Position numbers and translations under genes: made by a program. DNA of 64,000 nt. Source: Antedon mediterranea. Its lineage: Eukaryota; Animalia; Echinodermata. The stretch covers positions 4,813,888 through 4,877,887 of the forward strand of contig NC_092676.1 of assembly GCF_964355755.1 (NCBI RefSeq), read 5' to 3'. The notes under the pieces are model-generated. The model saw only the letters and a program-made list of their open reading frames with translations, searched no databases and was not told the DNA's origin. Below, piece after piece: positions 1 through 12,314 of the stretch; position 1 is the first letter of the stretch; each line of letters begins with the position of its first letter.

Positions 1-3000
1 CTGGACTGCTCGTTGCTGAGCCGTATTCTTGGAAGAGTCTTGTCGTTGGCCAGCCTACACTAAGAATTCGCACTACGTCTACCAAAGCAGCTTGTCTGAC
101 CCTACCACCAGGGTAAGTACTAAAAAGATGAAAATAAAAATGTTATGCAATTTTCCAACTATTTTACAAGTTTTTACGTGGATATTTCTCTTTTTTGGTT
201 TAATACAGACGTCATGTTCTTCGTTTTATGATGAGCGCCCCTCTCGGATATCACGTTCATCTCTGCTCTACAACGCCTTTCGTGTTTGGTGATGAGGAAA
301 CTGTAATGTCAAACTTGACAAATGTAAGTAAAAATTTATCAAGAAGTCAAGTACATCAACTCTGGCACATATACTAGAATGAGAAAAAAATTACTTTACT
401 GAGTTGCTCTTATTTTGCGGTCTGCAAAGCAGGAGTTCAAAGATGTCTGTTGAATAGCCTTTAAAGTTGGTTCGCAGGAAATATGCCTCCCTGTGTTGGA
501 GTTGCGACTTTCTCCTTTACCTTCACACAATATTTTCCTAACCATTTGGATGCGTATGAAATAAAATATATATATTCTTCTATATCATTAAAATATTGTG
601 AATTATAGGAGAGTTGCCGATTTGTTGACCACGCTCTGCAAGTGACCAAGTGTGTAGGGAATGCTATTCAACAGTTTGATAATGAAACAGGGTTCAAAGA
701 TGCAATGGCTGTTCTATCAGATAAACACAACCCTCAGAAAGGTGATGTTACAGCATCTATTCATAACCATGAGGTAACTTTTTATTTTGGGTTTCTTTTA
801 AATTTTCATTTATCATTTTAAATTTAGAAAGAGAGTAATACTTTCATTGTCATTTTCAAAAGTAGATGTTATCTAAAGAAACTGTACTGACTTTTTAAAA
901 CAAAATATTTCTCATGTTTATTTGGTATATACAATACTATTTACTATACATTTTTTAGTCTCATCTTAATTTTATTATTTGAATGTTGTATTTCTGTTTG
1001 TGTGATATTGTCACATTATAAAGTATTCCATGCATAATTTCTACCTCAAGGCCTAGGCCACCGCCACCCTGGAGCTGCAAGCCTTGAATTAGTGTTGGTA
1101 TGTGGTAACTAAATTTCAAATCTTCACACTTTGCTGTCACCCTCTAGTGAATGCATTGTATTGTCTCTATTATGAACTATTCATTCTTTGTTCTTAGGTT
1201 TTCAAAGACGCCTTCTACTTCATGCTAAGAAACGCTCTTCAAGATGGTTTCACAGCTGAGATGGTGTTTGCTTGGAAGGCATTCAACTTCGATGTCATCA
1301 CTCAGAACATTGCAGGTGCAAACACAGGAAGTAGACCAGGTGGGTTTAATTTACATAATTTATTCATGAATCTATTTTAAGAAATGTATTATTTGTTTAT
1401 TTAGATTTGTTTAAATAGGTAGAATTTTACACTAATTTAATATTGTAAGTTTTTTTGTGTATAAGTCTTATTTTTGTTATAAATATAACTTAAGTACTGT
1501 ATACTTATTACGTTGTTATTAATTATTTGTATATGTCTTAATTATTTTTGGCTTATTGATTATTAGCCGTGTATATTTTGTGTATTATAAACCTTCAAAC
1601 AATATATTATTAAGCTTATTTAGATAAATTTATATATAGTGTTGCAGACTTAATTTAAACACTTGCACCTTAGTTCGCACAGTTCATGACTAAATTAATT
1701 GTGGTTCAGCATGAGAAATGTCTATGGTTCGAATCTATTTGCACTCATACTCGTAAATCACAAACATCTGTATTATTCAGTGTATATTTCTTACAGCAAC
1801 CGGGGCTTCTAGAAAGTCCGGCAAAGCAGTACGCAAACGTAAGTGTAGTAGTGCTGCAGTGTCCCTTTCGCATCGTGTTGCTTTATCTATGCATTCTAGT
1901 CTTTCATTACAAAAATAAACGTCTTTAATTCCTTAACCTCTGCTTTATCATGTGTGCCAAAACCGATAGCTTTCATTTTTGTGTTTTTTCTAACATTTTA
2001 AATTTTTCCAACAGTGCTGTGATAATTTGTATATTTCTGTTGTGTTGTACATGTGATTAAAAGAATATGAAATATATATTTTATTTTTTTACAAAAATAA
2101 ACGTCTTTAATTCCTTCACCTCTGCTTTATTATGTGTACCAAAACCGATTGCTTTCATTTTTGTAGTTTTTCTAACAGTCTAAATTTTTCCAACAGTGCT
2201 GTGAACATTTGTATATTTCTGTTTATGTTGTACATGCGATTATAAGAGTATAAAATATATATTTTATTCTTTAATGTTTGACATTAAATACTTTAGAGTT
2301 TAGCTGTTACATAACAAGCCAATTTCAGAAATTAGATTAGAACTTTATCATCAATCACTCATAATGTAAAACTAGTGTTGATTTTAATAGCAGAGTGTGA
2401 AAATTCTTTATATAATTTGCTTGTTAATTTCATCCTTATCTTGTTTTCATCTACATTATGTGAAGTTTGATGTGAAGATCTTTATGGCAAATTTGATTAA
2501 TACAAATAAACAATATAAAACTGTCATTGGTGTTTTATGATTGTCAATGTTATATCACAGTCATTTCTATAACAAGCCATCACTATGCAGCTATTGAGTG
2601 TGCTCATATGTTTCCAAATGTGCATGGAATGACTTTTTGACACAATTGCTGCATAGTCCTTTGTGACCATTACCAGCCAATGTCACAGATAGCCTTCCTT
2701 TCTATATTGCATGGTTAAATAGGATAGCATGAACAAACAGCATGTCAACTATACAGTATTATTAATACAGTTTCATTCTTGAAGTTAAAGGCTCTCAATA
2801 AATTGTATTGGTAACTAAGAATATATTTTAAATACTCTTTTGTCTCATAAATAATTTTTTTTTTCATTTTCAGGAGAAGTTCCAGAAAATTGGCAAGGAA
2901 GGTTAGTACATTGAGAGCATTTGATATTTACAATTTAACACTATATATTAATTAGAAATTTTAGAACATGTTGACCAATAAAACTAAACAGTTTTTGTTC

Positions 3001-6000
3001 ATTTTAGACAACCAACTGATGAAGAGGCATCGGCCATTACACAGGTGGCTAGGTTCTGGAAGGGATTCTATGTCAGAAAAGTTGCAGAGGCAAGGAAAAC
3101 AGGTAGATTATGTCTAATGGTCCTTGGTTATTATGCCTTTTATAAACCCGTGCTAGCAACAGCCCTAATCTGAGTTTCCTATTATACTGAAAAATGCTGT
3201 ACTGCCTATACTACAATCGGTGTAGTAACTCAGTAATCCGAACTTTTACCAAGATGAGCACACTGGAGACAATCCTGTACAGTGTGCCAAGTTCTTTATG
3301 TGTAGGCGGCCTAGGCCTATTTATGTATACTAGACCAATGGCTTCACACCCCAAACAAAAGACAAAGCCATAAGAGTAAAGCGTTTTGCTAGCCAGACAG
3401 ACACCTTTTCACATACCACTCAGGTTCATTGGCATTATGTCATTTCATTCTCAAATTATATGCTTGTATGATATTAATTGTTTGAAATATCTTACAATAG
3501 GCACAGAACTGAATGTTCAAGTTAAGGAGAATCTTCTAAAATCATGGGCTATTGTTGAACAGAATTTGGAACAAAATGCCCTGCAGCTGTTTAGGTATTT
3601 ACACTTATATCTTTCTTACAAGAAACTGTCTGTTACCACCAGTAAGTGATTAGCAAGAGATGTCAACCACCATTAGGGATGCTAGAACAAGAAGTGAAGA
3701 AAAAAGAAAACATACCTACCTATTTTTAATTGGAAATTTTGTTAAAAGAACATTAAATTTTTGTCTCTCAACATTGATAGTTATAGTAGATTAGAAAGTT
3801 TGAATTGTTTAAAAGTCATGAATGTGTTTGTTTGTTTTTTGCTTACCACACAAATGAAAGCGGTTGTTTGCCAACTGAGGCCAGTGTTGATGATTTTGGA
3901 ATACCAACTTCACACTGGCCTTAGTTGGCAAACAATCATTCTAACTGGAGATCCATGCTGCAAAGTGGGATAAAACAAGACCATCAACAAACAAACAGTA
4001 AGATGTTGAGGAAAAGGCTTCAATCCGTGATAAATATCTATGACATTGTCGTTTGCAAAAACAACAATATAATATTCAATTCATGATGTTATTTTAACCA
4101 TGTTTTTCTTCTTATTTTAACTGATGTTTAGCCATGTTTTTCTTCTCTCTTGCAGGAGAATGTTTAAGATAGATCCTGACTTGAAGCCTCACTTTCCTTT
4201 CTATCAGGATGAATGGAACAAAGTCAGTTACGTGGACTATCAGGGTGTCTATGCTGACCAGCAACCTAATACCTGGTTTGTTGTCTTCAGGTAAATCTCC
4301 TTATGTACCAAAATATTTGTATTTTTAAATAAACCTTGTGATTGTCAGGATCTTTTTTTTTCTTCATCTTTGTTGTTTCTTTCTTTCCACGATTTTTGTG
4401 TCCAGCATATCTCTAAAATTTGGAAATAGAACATTTTGTAACTTTACCAGAATACAACCCTTTATCTGAAGATGTCGGCAGAGTTGCGCAGCGTAACATA
4501 CGCATGATTTTATAAAATAGCGTAATTTTATAAAATGTTATGATTGACAAACATGGTCATCATAACATCATCATTTTTGTAATACTTAATTTGTACAGTT
4601 TTACAACACAATATTATTGTTTTTTAATATTAAAATCGGTAGGGATGTGTTCTTTGTGCAAGAACATCTTCTTCTGGTTCCTAAGCTGTACGCATCCATC
4701 CCAACTTGCATGCTCAGAGTGATCAACAACGACACGGGTGAAGAGATACCAAGAGTCTTCCAAAGAGTCGCACCTTATGACTACAAGAAAAACAAGGTAA
4801 TAAATAATATGTTTTCGTTTATTTAATCACTCTCTTGTTTACAAGACAAGCCAATTCTGGCTTATGAGTGAACAAATATATAAAATAACAATTAAAATAG
4901 ACACAGATTAAATCAAATAAAATAACAACTTTAAACAGTCTTACAACACAACATCTTCCCAAGTAGAAGGGCGGAAAAGAAAAAAAAAATGTTAAAAACA
5001 ATGGGAAAAGAAAAAAAAAAATGTTAAAAACAATGGGCGTAAAGGAGAGCAATTGATAAGCAAAGTTTGCAACTGTAGAACAGTGGTTGCCATGTACATG
5101 TATATGTAATAAATAAACTTTTGTATGAAATTGTTTATATTCATCCTCAAATTAACTATGGAAAAATACTGACACAATTATAGCCTATCCAATGATTATT
5201 GGGTGAATCTTGATGCTAATGACTAATTAATCAATTATTGAATTTTCTTTCTTAGCGTGGCTACACGTTTGTTGCTGAAGCACGAACTACCGATATGCCA
5301 CTGGCAAATGGTCGATGGAGGATGCGTCTGATTGGCTCGCTTAATCCACTCCCTCAGCCAATGAGAGAAAACCTTAACAGCATGTTTAGTGTGAAGGAAA
5401 TCAAGGATTACTATGTACCAAACAAAGAGAATATTATTTTAAGGTATGATGTTACAGACCATAGACGCTACCGAGCTACAATTTAATACAATTTCTACCA
5501 CGATAACCAAAATAAAAAATGAGACTACAAAGTTAAGCAAGGTTGTTTTTCCAACCATATTTGGCTTGATTAATTTGCAATCATTGGATGAGAATTGAAT
5601 ATTTCCTTGTTGCAAATATAGCAACTTCTATCTAATGGTTGAATTTATAATGTCATAGCACCTTCTATTGGTTGGCTATGCTTTTCATGACCTCTCAGTT
5701 AACATCAGTTGGTACATTTTTGATTTTCTGGAATTAATGATATTTTTATCTCTGGGTTTACATTTTTAAGAAGATTTTTTGTATTTTGATCAAATTTTAA
5801 ATTGAAATTGTTGTATTTTTTCGTGTAAAGATACTCTGTGAAGCCATCAGAAGATCACATAGCCAGTATACAGATGAACACATCCAAACCAGATGTCTAC
5901 ATCAGTCTACGAGTGCTGGACAATGAGGAAGAGGTCGCAGTAACCACTGGTAAAGGTCATGCCGTCATTCCTGCATTCACGTTCTTCAGAGACCGAGAAC

Positions 6001-9000
6001 CTGGCGAGGATGAACGTCGATCCGGAAGTCGGTCATGTAAGGCTATTTATTCAAATTAAGCAAATTAAGCATAACTTCTCTTCTTTTTCTCTTTTATGTA
6101 ATCTAGTAATATTGCTCTTTTTCTACTGCAAAACAGTTTTCTTCCATTCCACTCCTTCAATAGTCCATTTTCTGAACATATTAGCAGTTCTTTTTTTCTT
6201 TTCCTTAGCTCTTAAACGAGGTGTAGGTAGCAGTTCAAGTCTGACATCAAAGAGAAGGCAGCCGTCTGCTGGCAGTGGCAGAGGATCTGTAAGTGTACAC
6301 TTAAAATGTAACATACCTTTTACACTGCAACAGTTCAACATGTTAGTATTTTACCCAATTGTTATTAACATTGTATAATGTTTCTTTGTCTTTAAAGAGA
6401 GCAAGTTCTGACAATGTGAACAAGCTTGATGAGGGTGGAGATGGCAGCGAAGCTGAGTTAATAAGGGTAGGTAACTTCTGCAGTAACAACATTTTGTTTA
6501 CTCTTTAAAGCTCTGTCTACACTATCAAACTAGTTTGACAAAAAAAAGTGTGCCCAAATATGATAGTGATATGCCCAAATATAGTAGTGATATGACATTA
6601 TCATGTCCATATATGGGCACATCACATTTTTTTGTCACATACTGAGTTACAGAGTTTAACCTATTTATGCAATATTGAGCCAGCTGGTAATCATACACTG
6701 TTTATGGCAGTGAAACAAACTAAAATCAGTAAAGTTATTGGAAGTAATTTAGTTACTGCAGTACATCTGATCCCTTAACCTGTTTTCTTAACAGCCCCAT
6801 AAATACATTATCCAAGCCAAAGTTTTGCATAAGAGCTGGCCGTTATCTGAGAGTAGTTGGGCGTTTGTACAAGTACTGAAAGAACTTGAGAAACAGGAAT
6901 TAAAAGGTAATAGTTTGATATTTGATAATCAACTTTAGTTAAAAAGTTCTTGTGTTTATCACTGTTTATTATTAAATTGTTCTTAATGTCCATGTTTTGC
7001 TCACACAATATTTAGTGTTAATTTATTATTATTTTATGTGAAATAAACTTGTATTCTAAAATTCTTCTAAAATTAACAAATTCTTACACCACAACTTAAA
7101 AGTTGAGGGCGCTGCATGACTACTACTTTTTGAATATTGCTCTGAAAAAGCTATTCTATCTGTTGACTTAGTTGTGTAGTGTAATCAAAATATTTGTCCC
7201 GTCATGGAAAACCATCTTTTACTGTTTTCATTATTGTAAAGTTTTTTCTTCACTAATTGACTATCTGTGTGTGCTTTTGAATATGTTGTAATACTAATAG
7301 TGCATAAACTTCAATTTTACCTAAAATCGATGCTTGTTTATCTATAAAGCTCTGTCTACACTATCAAACTAGTTTGACAAATTAGTGTGATGTGCCCAAA
7401 TATGGCAGTAATATGCCAAAATATGGTAGTGATATGACATCATCGTGTCCATATATGGCCACATCACATTTTTTTGTCACATAAAGTTTGATAGTGTAGA
7501 CAGAGTTTAAGAAAACAATGAAATAGAACAAAGAGAGTTGAACGAAATTAAACATTTATTTATAAATTAATTTTTTTATTCATCCTAAAACTATTTCCTT
7601 GTTTTTCAGAGGAATCAAATATACTTAAATTTTATTTTAAACATGTGTTTTGTTTGCTGTGATTTGTTGTTTTTATTTCTGCATGCTTAGTTGATCGACC
7701 AATTATAAATGATGTACCAGATGAAGACATAAACAAAGCACAGGAATTAACGCTACCTTCTATTACGACAAGAAAAGGCAAATTTTAGAATAAAAAATCA
7801 ACCAATGACAGCTTATAAAACACTTCATTCAAAATAGATTTCTTCAGCTTTTTTGCAATAGCATCTTTATCATTCATTGCTCTTTATATTATATTTAACA
7901 AAAATAAGGCCTAAAGCTTGGTTCCCACTACACAACACGAGGACACAACGCAAGTGAGTTGACCAATGACAAACGACTGTTTGAATATTCCATCACTTGT
8001 GACTGGTCAACATTGCGTTACGTCCTTGTGTTGCGTCTGTAGGGGAACTAAGCTTTAAACAACTTATTTGTTTACTGCCAAATGTACCCTTGTTTTTTCT
8101 TAAAAACGTCATTTGCAGAAATAATAATAATTGCATAAGTTTTCCTAAATATTGTATATTTTCATACTTCTACAAATTGTTAGTAACCATTTGTCCATTC
8201 AAAATTTAAATTTGGCAGCACAGCAAACTAATTTTTTTTAGGCAAATATTCATCGGTGGGAGAGAATTAACTCTTAAGCGACTTTGGCTCTGGCTTATTT
8301 TAAAAAATTATTATTTAGTTTTTGAACTCATTCGTCCATTCAAAATTAAAATTTGGCAGCAAACTACATTTTTTTAGATTCTTTGGTGGTAGAAAATTAA
8401 CTTTTTAGCGACGTTGTCTGGAGCTTTGGCCAATGCAAAGAAAGAGGCCAAAACATGGTTTCTAATTGGAGGAAACATTCTAAAGGATAATGTTCAGTTG
8501 GGTCCACCCAAACTGTGGTCTTTGGTCTCTAATTAGAGGGAGTAACTAATAGTAAAAGATAGGGGAATCTCCAGTGCCCTGGTAGTGGTGGTCCTTAATT
8601 AGAGGGGTTCCTTAATTGGGATGAGACCTGTATAGACGTTTGATAAACATCTAATATTACACCACTTATAGTATGCAGTAACACACTTGTGTATTTTTAT
8701 AGTCTTACTTTAATGCTTATTGTTTCAGTCTGTTCTTTTTAATCACATAGATGGCTACAAATTACAATTAGTAATGCACATTAGTTTTAGTATCTTGCTT
8801 TTTATTTCAACACTTGAATAAAATAAAAACAAACACAGTATACTATAAAATCATTTACAATATTAAAATTAGTTGTGGCTATTACATAGTTAGTACACTG
8901 CACGTGGTTATTAGTTAAAGCACTTTTAGAATACACACATGAAATTTCACCTCACCAAATAATATAAATAAAACCATACAATGAAATATATGCTGGCTTT

Positions 9001-11045
9001 ACACAGGAATTGTCTGCACAGGTGTGGTCAACACATACAATGGCTTCCATCCTCCCCTAAGGTTCTCTCAGTGCCACACTCAATAGTTTGTCAACATTGT
9101 GGTAACCTCTACTCTTTCTGCACAGGTGTGGACAACACATACAACGGCTTCTATCTCTCCTAAGGTTCTCTCAGTGCCACACTCAGTAGTTTGTCCACAT
9201 TGTGGTAACACCTACTCCTTTTGCACAGGTGTGGACAACACATACAACGGCTTCCATCTCCCCTAAGGGTCTCTCAGTGCCTCTACTTTTTTGAGAAGTG
9301 AACTTTGTTCTATCAAGTGCACAAAGTGTGTTTGGTTGGTAGAAGGTAGGCTTTAATACATTGTTTTATTTTACTTTCAGCTGTCAAAGACAGGCCTAGC
9401 ACTCCAAAGAGTGATAAAGGCAGTTCTAGAACAGAGAAGAAGAAGGGAAAAGATAAAGGGAAAGAAAAGGATAAAGACAAGGAGAAAGGAAGCTCAAGAC
9501 CATCTTCTCAACAATTTGATGTTACCAAACCAAACTGGACATTAAGAATTGTGCTTGACCAGACTCCAACAGTCAGTGATGTTATAATACTTGATCTTTA
9601 AGAGACAACAAAATAACGACTATACCATTACATTTCTTTTGTATTTTCCGACTTCACTAAGCACTATTAACAACAAAATTCAACATCAATTTTTTAATTC
9701 ATTTTTCTCGCAGGAAGAGGTTGAAATAAAGAAGGACACAGAGCGGCAGGATCAGATCCGAGCGATGAAGCAAGCATGGGAAGCAGCAGAACCGGGAAGA
9801 GCTGCTAAGGCTAGAGCTGCCAGGGAGAAGTTCCTTAAGGAGAACATGATCAAAGTAGAAGAACCTGTTGATGCGGCCCCAGCTGCTGCTGCAGATGGTA
9901 TGTGGCAAAGATCTCATAAAACTCAAGCCCAAGGGGATTCAAGAGTTTGAAGGAACCCCTTTTTTCCTATAATACTTTTTCAAAATAGCAGGAGAAATGA
10001 TAGTAAATAGGCCTAAATATTGCGTTTACTGCCCCTCTTGAAGGAAAAAAAACCCTTGTAAAAATCCTAGTTGCAAGCTTGAAACTCTACTAGCATGTTT
10101 TCCTTAAAATGTGTGCAAGACCTTATTGCACAATGTGGTTTGTTTGTGAATATTAGAACTATGGGTGCCTGTGTGTGATAAATCAATCAAATCAAAGTCT
10201 AGTTAAGTTGTCTATAGTTGCTGTACTTCTAAATTGTACTGTAAAACATAATGCTAATTTTGTACCATTATTAGATTCTGAATTTGGATGAACTAAATGA
10301 AATAAGACGTATCCTTTCTTTTCAGGTGAAACAGATATAGCATCCACTGAGGTGGAGCAGATGCCGTCAGAAGCTATTCTGACAAATGAACCTCCACCCC
10401 CTCCTCCCCCAAAAGAGGTGTTGAAGACCGTTGACCTAACTCCTTATCAAAGGTACTGGTATAGACTTATATGCATTGTTTTCCCGATTTATTTTTGCAT
10501 CCAACTACAGTAATATTTTTTAGTGGTTTGTAATATTTAATATTTGCTTTCTCTGTTTAATCAGACCACCAAATTTTACTGGATCGCCAAGATTGAAAGA
10601 TGACGAGGAGGTTGCTAGGCAACAGGAGGAGAAGATGACCCAGATTCAGAAATATCGAACATTCCGTGAGGCACTTTGTCAAAGCCGGGAAGAGGACCGC
10701 ATACAAAGAAACAACGCAAAAGAGAAACAACTTTTAGAGTGTATACGACTTCAAGTAAGAAGAATTAAATTACGTTTTATTAAGTTTTTTTTTTCATTGT
10801 GAAGTTTTGCTTAATTTCTATCATTTTATCTCCAGACGGAATTGGACGAAAGACGACGAAAGTTGAATGAACCGAGAGAAGGTTATCGTCAAAAATTTCT
10901 TGATGCAGAACGCAAACGTCTTGAGGCCATTGCCGCTGAGGAAGCTGCTCTGAAAGCTGAAGCAGAGAAAAGATCGCCCTCTCCAAAAGGAAAAAAGAGT
11001 CCTAAAGGAAAGAAAAGCCCCAAAAAGAGTGGAAGGAAAAAATAA
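1..11045 (+). CDS. ADGB: Androglobin, 3' portion (5' part lies upstream of the window): calpain-associated region end, circularly permuted globin, IQ-like motif, C-terminal coiled coil
   Basis: In-frame GT-AG exons: <1-112, 209-323, 609-773, 1198-1339, 1797-1838, 2874-2901, 3008-3102, 3501-3594, 4156-4290, 4643-4796, 5256-5443, 5831-6036, 6209-6288, 6398-6466, 6795-6906, (optional 7691-7777), 9381-9571, 9714-9897, 10326-10452, 10565-10754, 10836-11045 (TAA). Peptides AEPYSWKSLVVG, GRHVLRF..PLGYHVHLCS..FVFGDE, ESCRFVDH, QDEWNKV, WFVVFRDVF, LRVINNDTGEEIPRVFQRVAPYDYKKNKRGYTFVAEA, WRMRLIGS, PHKYIIQ, IKKDTERQDQIRAMKQAWEAAEPGRAAKA match human ADGB as recalled. Confidence 0.93.
1907..2270. repeat. 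About 182-bp tandem duplication in an ADGB intron
   Basis: TTACAAAAATAAACGTCTTTAATTCCTT..CAACAGTGCTGTGA..ATATATATTTTATT occurs twice (1907 and 2089). Confidence 0.88.
7348..7506. mobile_element. MITE family A, near-complete copy in an ADGB intron
   Basis: Both TIRs present: AGCTCTGTCTACACTATCAAACT and AGTTTGATAGTGTAGACAGAGT. Confidence 0.8.
9014..9290. repeat. About 104-bp tandem repeat, about 2.6 copies
   Basis: GCACAGGTGTGG.CAACACATACAA.GGCTTC recurs at about 9016, 9120 and 9223. Confidence 0.85.
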
Positions 11046-12249
11046 ATAATAGTATTGGTGCTGTTTTAAACTTTGTATACACTATCATTTTGACCAAAAA
11101 AAAAGTGTGATGTGCCCAAATATAGTAGTGATATGACATCAATATGTCCATATATGGGCACATCACAATTTTTTGTCACACAAAGTGCAGACAAAGCTTT
11201 AGTTTTTGTTTATATTGTACTACAATTGAACCCCTGTTAAGGGCTCACCTTTGAGACACAAAAAAGTGTCTTTTTATAAGAGGGTTAGAGTTGGTGGCTC
11301 TCTACATGCTACCTTAGTCTCCATCTCACACATTGTGTACTGATGCACTTTAAACTGAGCCAAATAAATTGTTAAAATACATATTTTAAAACATATTTAT
11401 TGTATATAATTCAGGTGTACACATATCTGATTGAATAACTTTAAAAAATGTGTCCTTTAAGATTTTAAAAATGCTTAAATATATCCGTCCATATTTATAA
11501 TTGTTTCACTAAGAATATAAATAATACAGTTGTGTACAGATTTGTGTGTTCCTAGTGTTGTTATGTTACCACGGTAACATAATGTCATAAGATTTATACC
11601 AAATATGAGTTTATTCCGTCCATATTTATTCAATATTAATATTGTATAATTATTATCTTAATATTTAAAGAAGTTTAAAAAATGCTATACTTTTCGTTTT
11701 ATTGTAAATATAAAATGTTGATATTTTGAGAAAAGGAAGCTAAATAAATATTGTTTGTATTGAAAACTGTTGGTGTTACTTTTATTCATTGCAAAAATAT
11801 TTTACATTACTATTTTGTATTGAATATTAATGAAATTACTTCATACAAATAATTATTATGAGTAATGCAATTTATACCATATATAGTAACATAATTAAGA
11901 AAACTTATCTTCAGCATGGACAAACATTTCTTTTTTATTTATCTAATTTACAAGATACAGAGATAACTTTATTGTCAAATAGTTATCAACGAAAGATTTG
12001 AAATTGGTTTTTCTCATGGCAACTTAATATATAAATAGAACAAAATCAGTAAAATGTTAAAACACAAAGTAAAATACACAGTACAGTAAAATATGTACAG
12101 AGAGGATAAATGTCGGCTGTGAAAAGTCTAAGTTTCTATTGATATTGTGGAATTTTATTTTTATATGCCCATGTTCCATACAGATATACCTAGTGAGCCA
12201 TTGGATAAACATTGTCTAAAAATGTAAGTATTTTTCGATGGCTGTGGGA

Positions 12250-12300
12250 GAGGGAATCCCTGGGCCTCGTTTTCGATTAAATTTAGAATGACGTCATTCT
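12250..12300 (+). promoter_or_regulatory. Putative VTA1 proximal promoter/5'UTR elements: extended palindromic CRE (AGAATGACGTCATTCT) and kB-like AGGGAATCCCT
   Basis: TGACGTCA at 12289-12296 within a 16-bp perfect palindrome, about 20 bp upstream of the ATG; GGGAATCCC at 12252-12260. Motif match only. Confidence 0.4.
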
Positions 12301-12314
12301 CATGAGTTTTAAAG

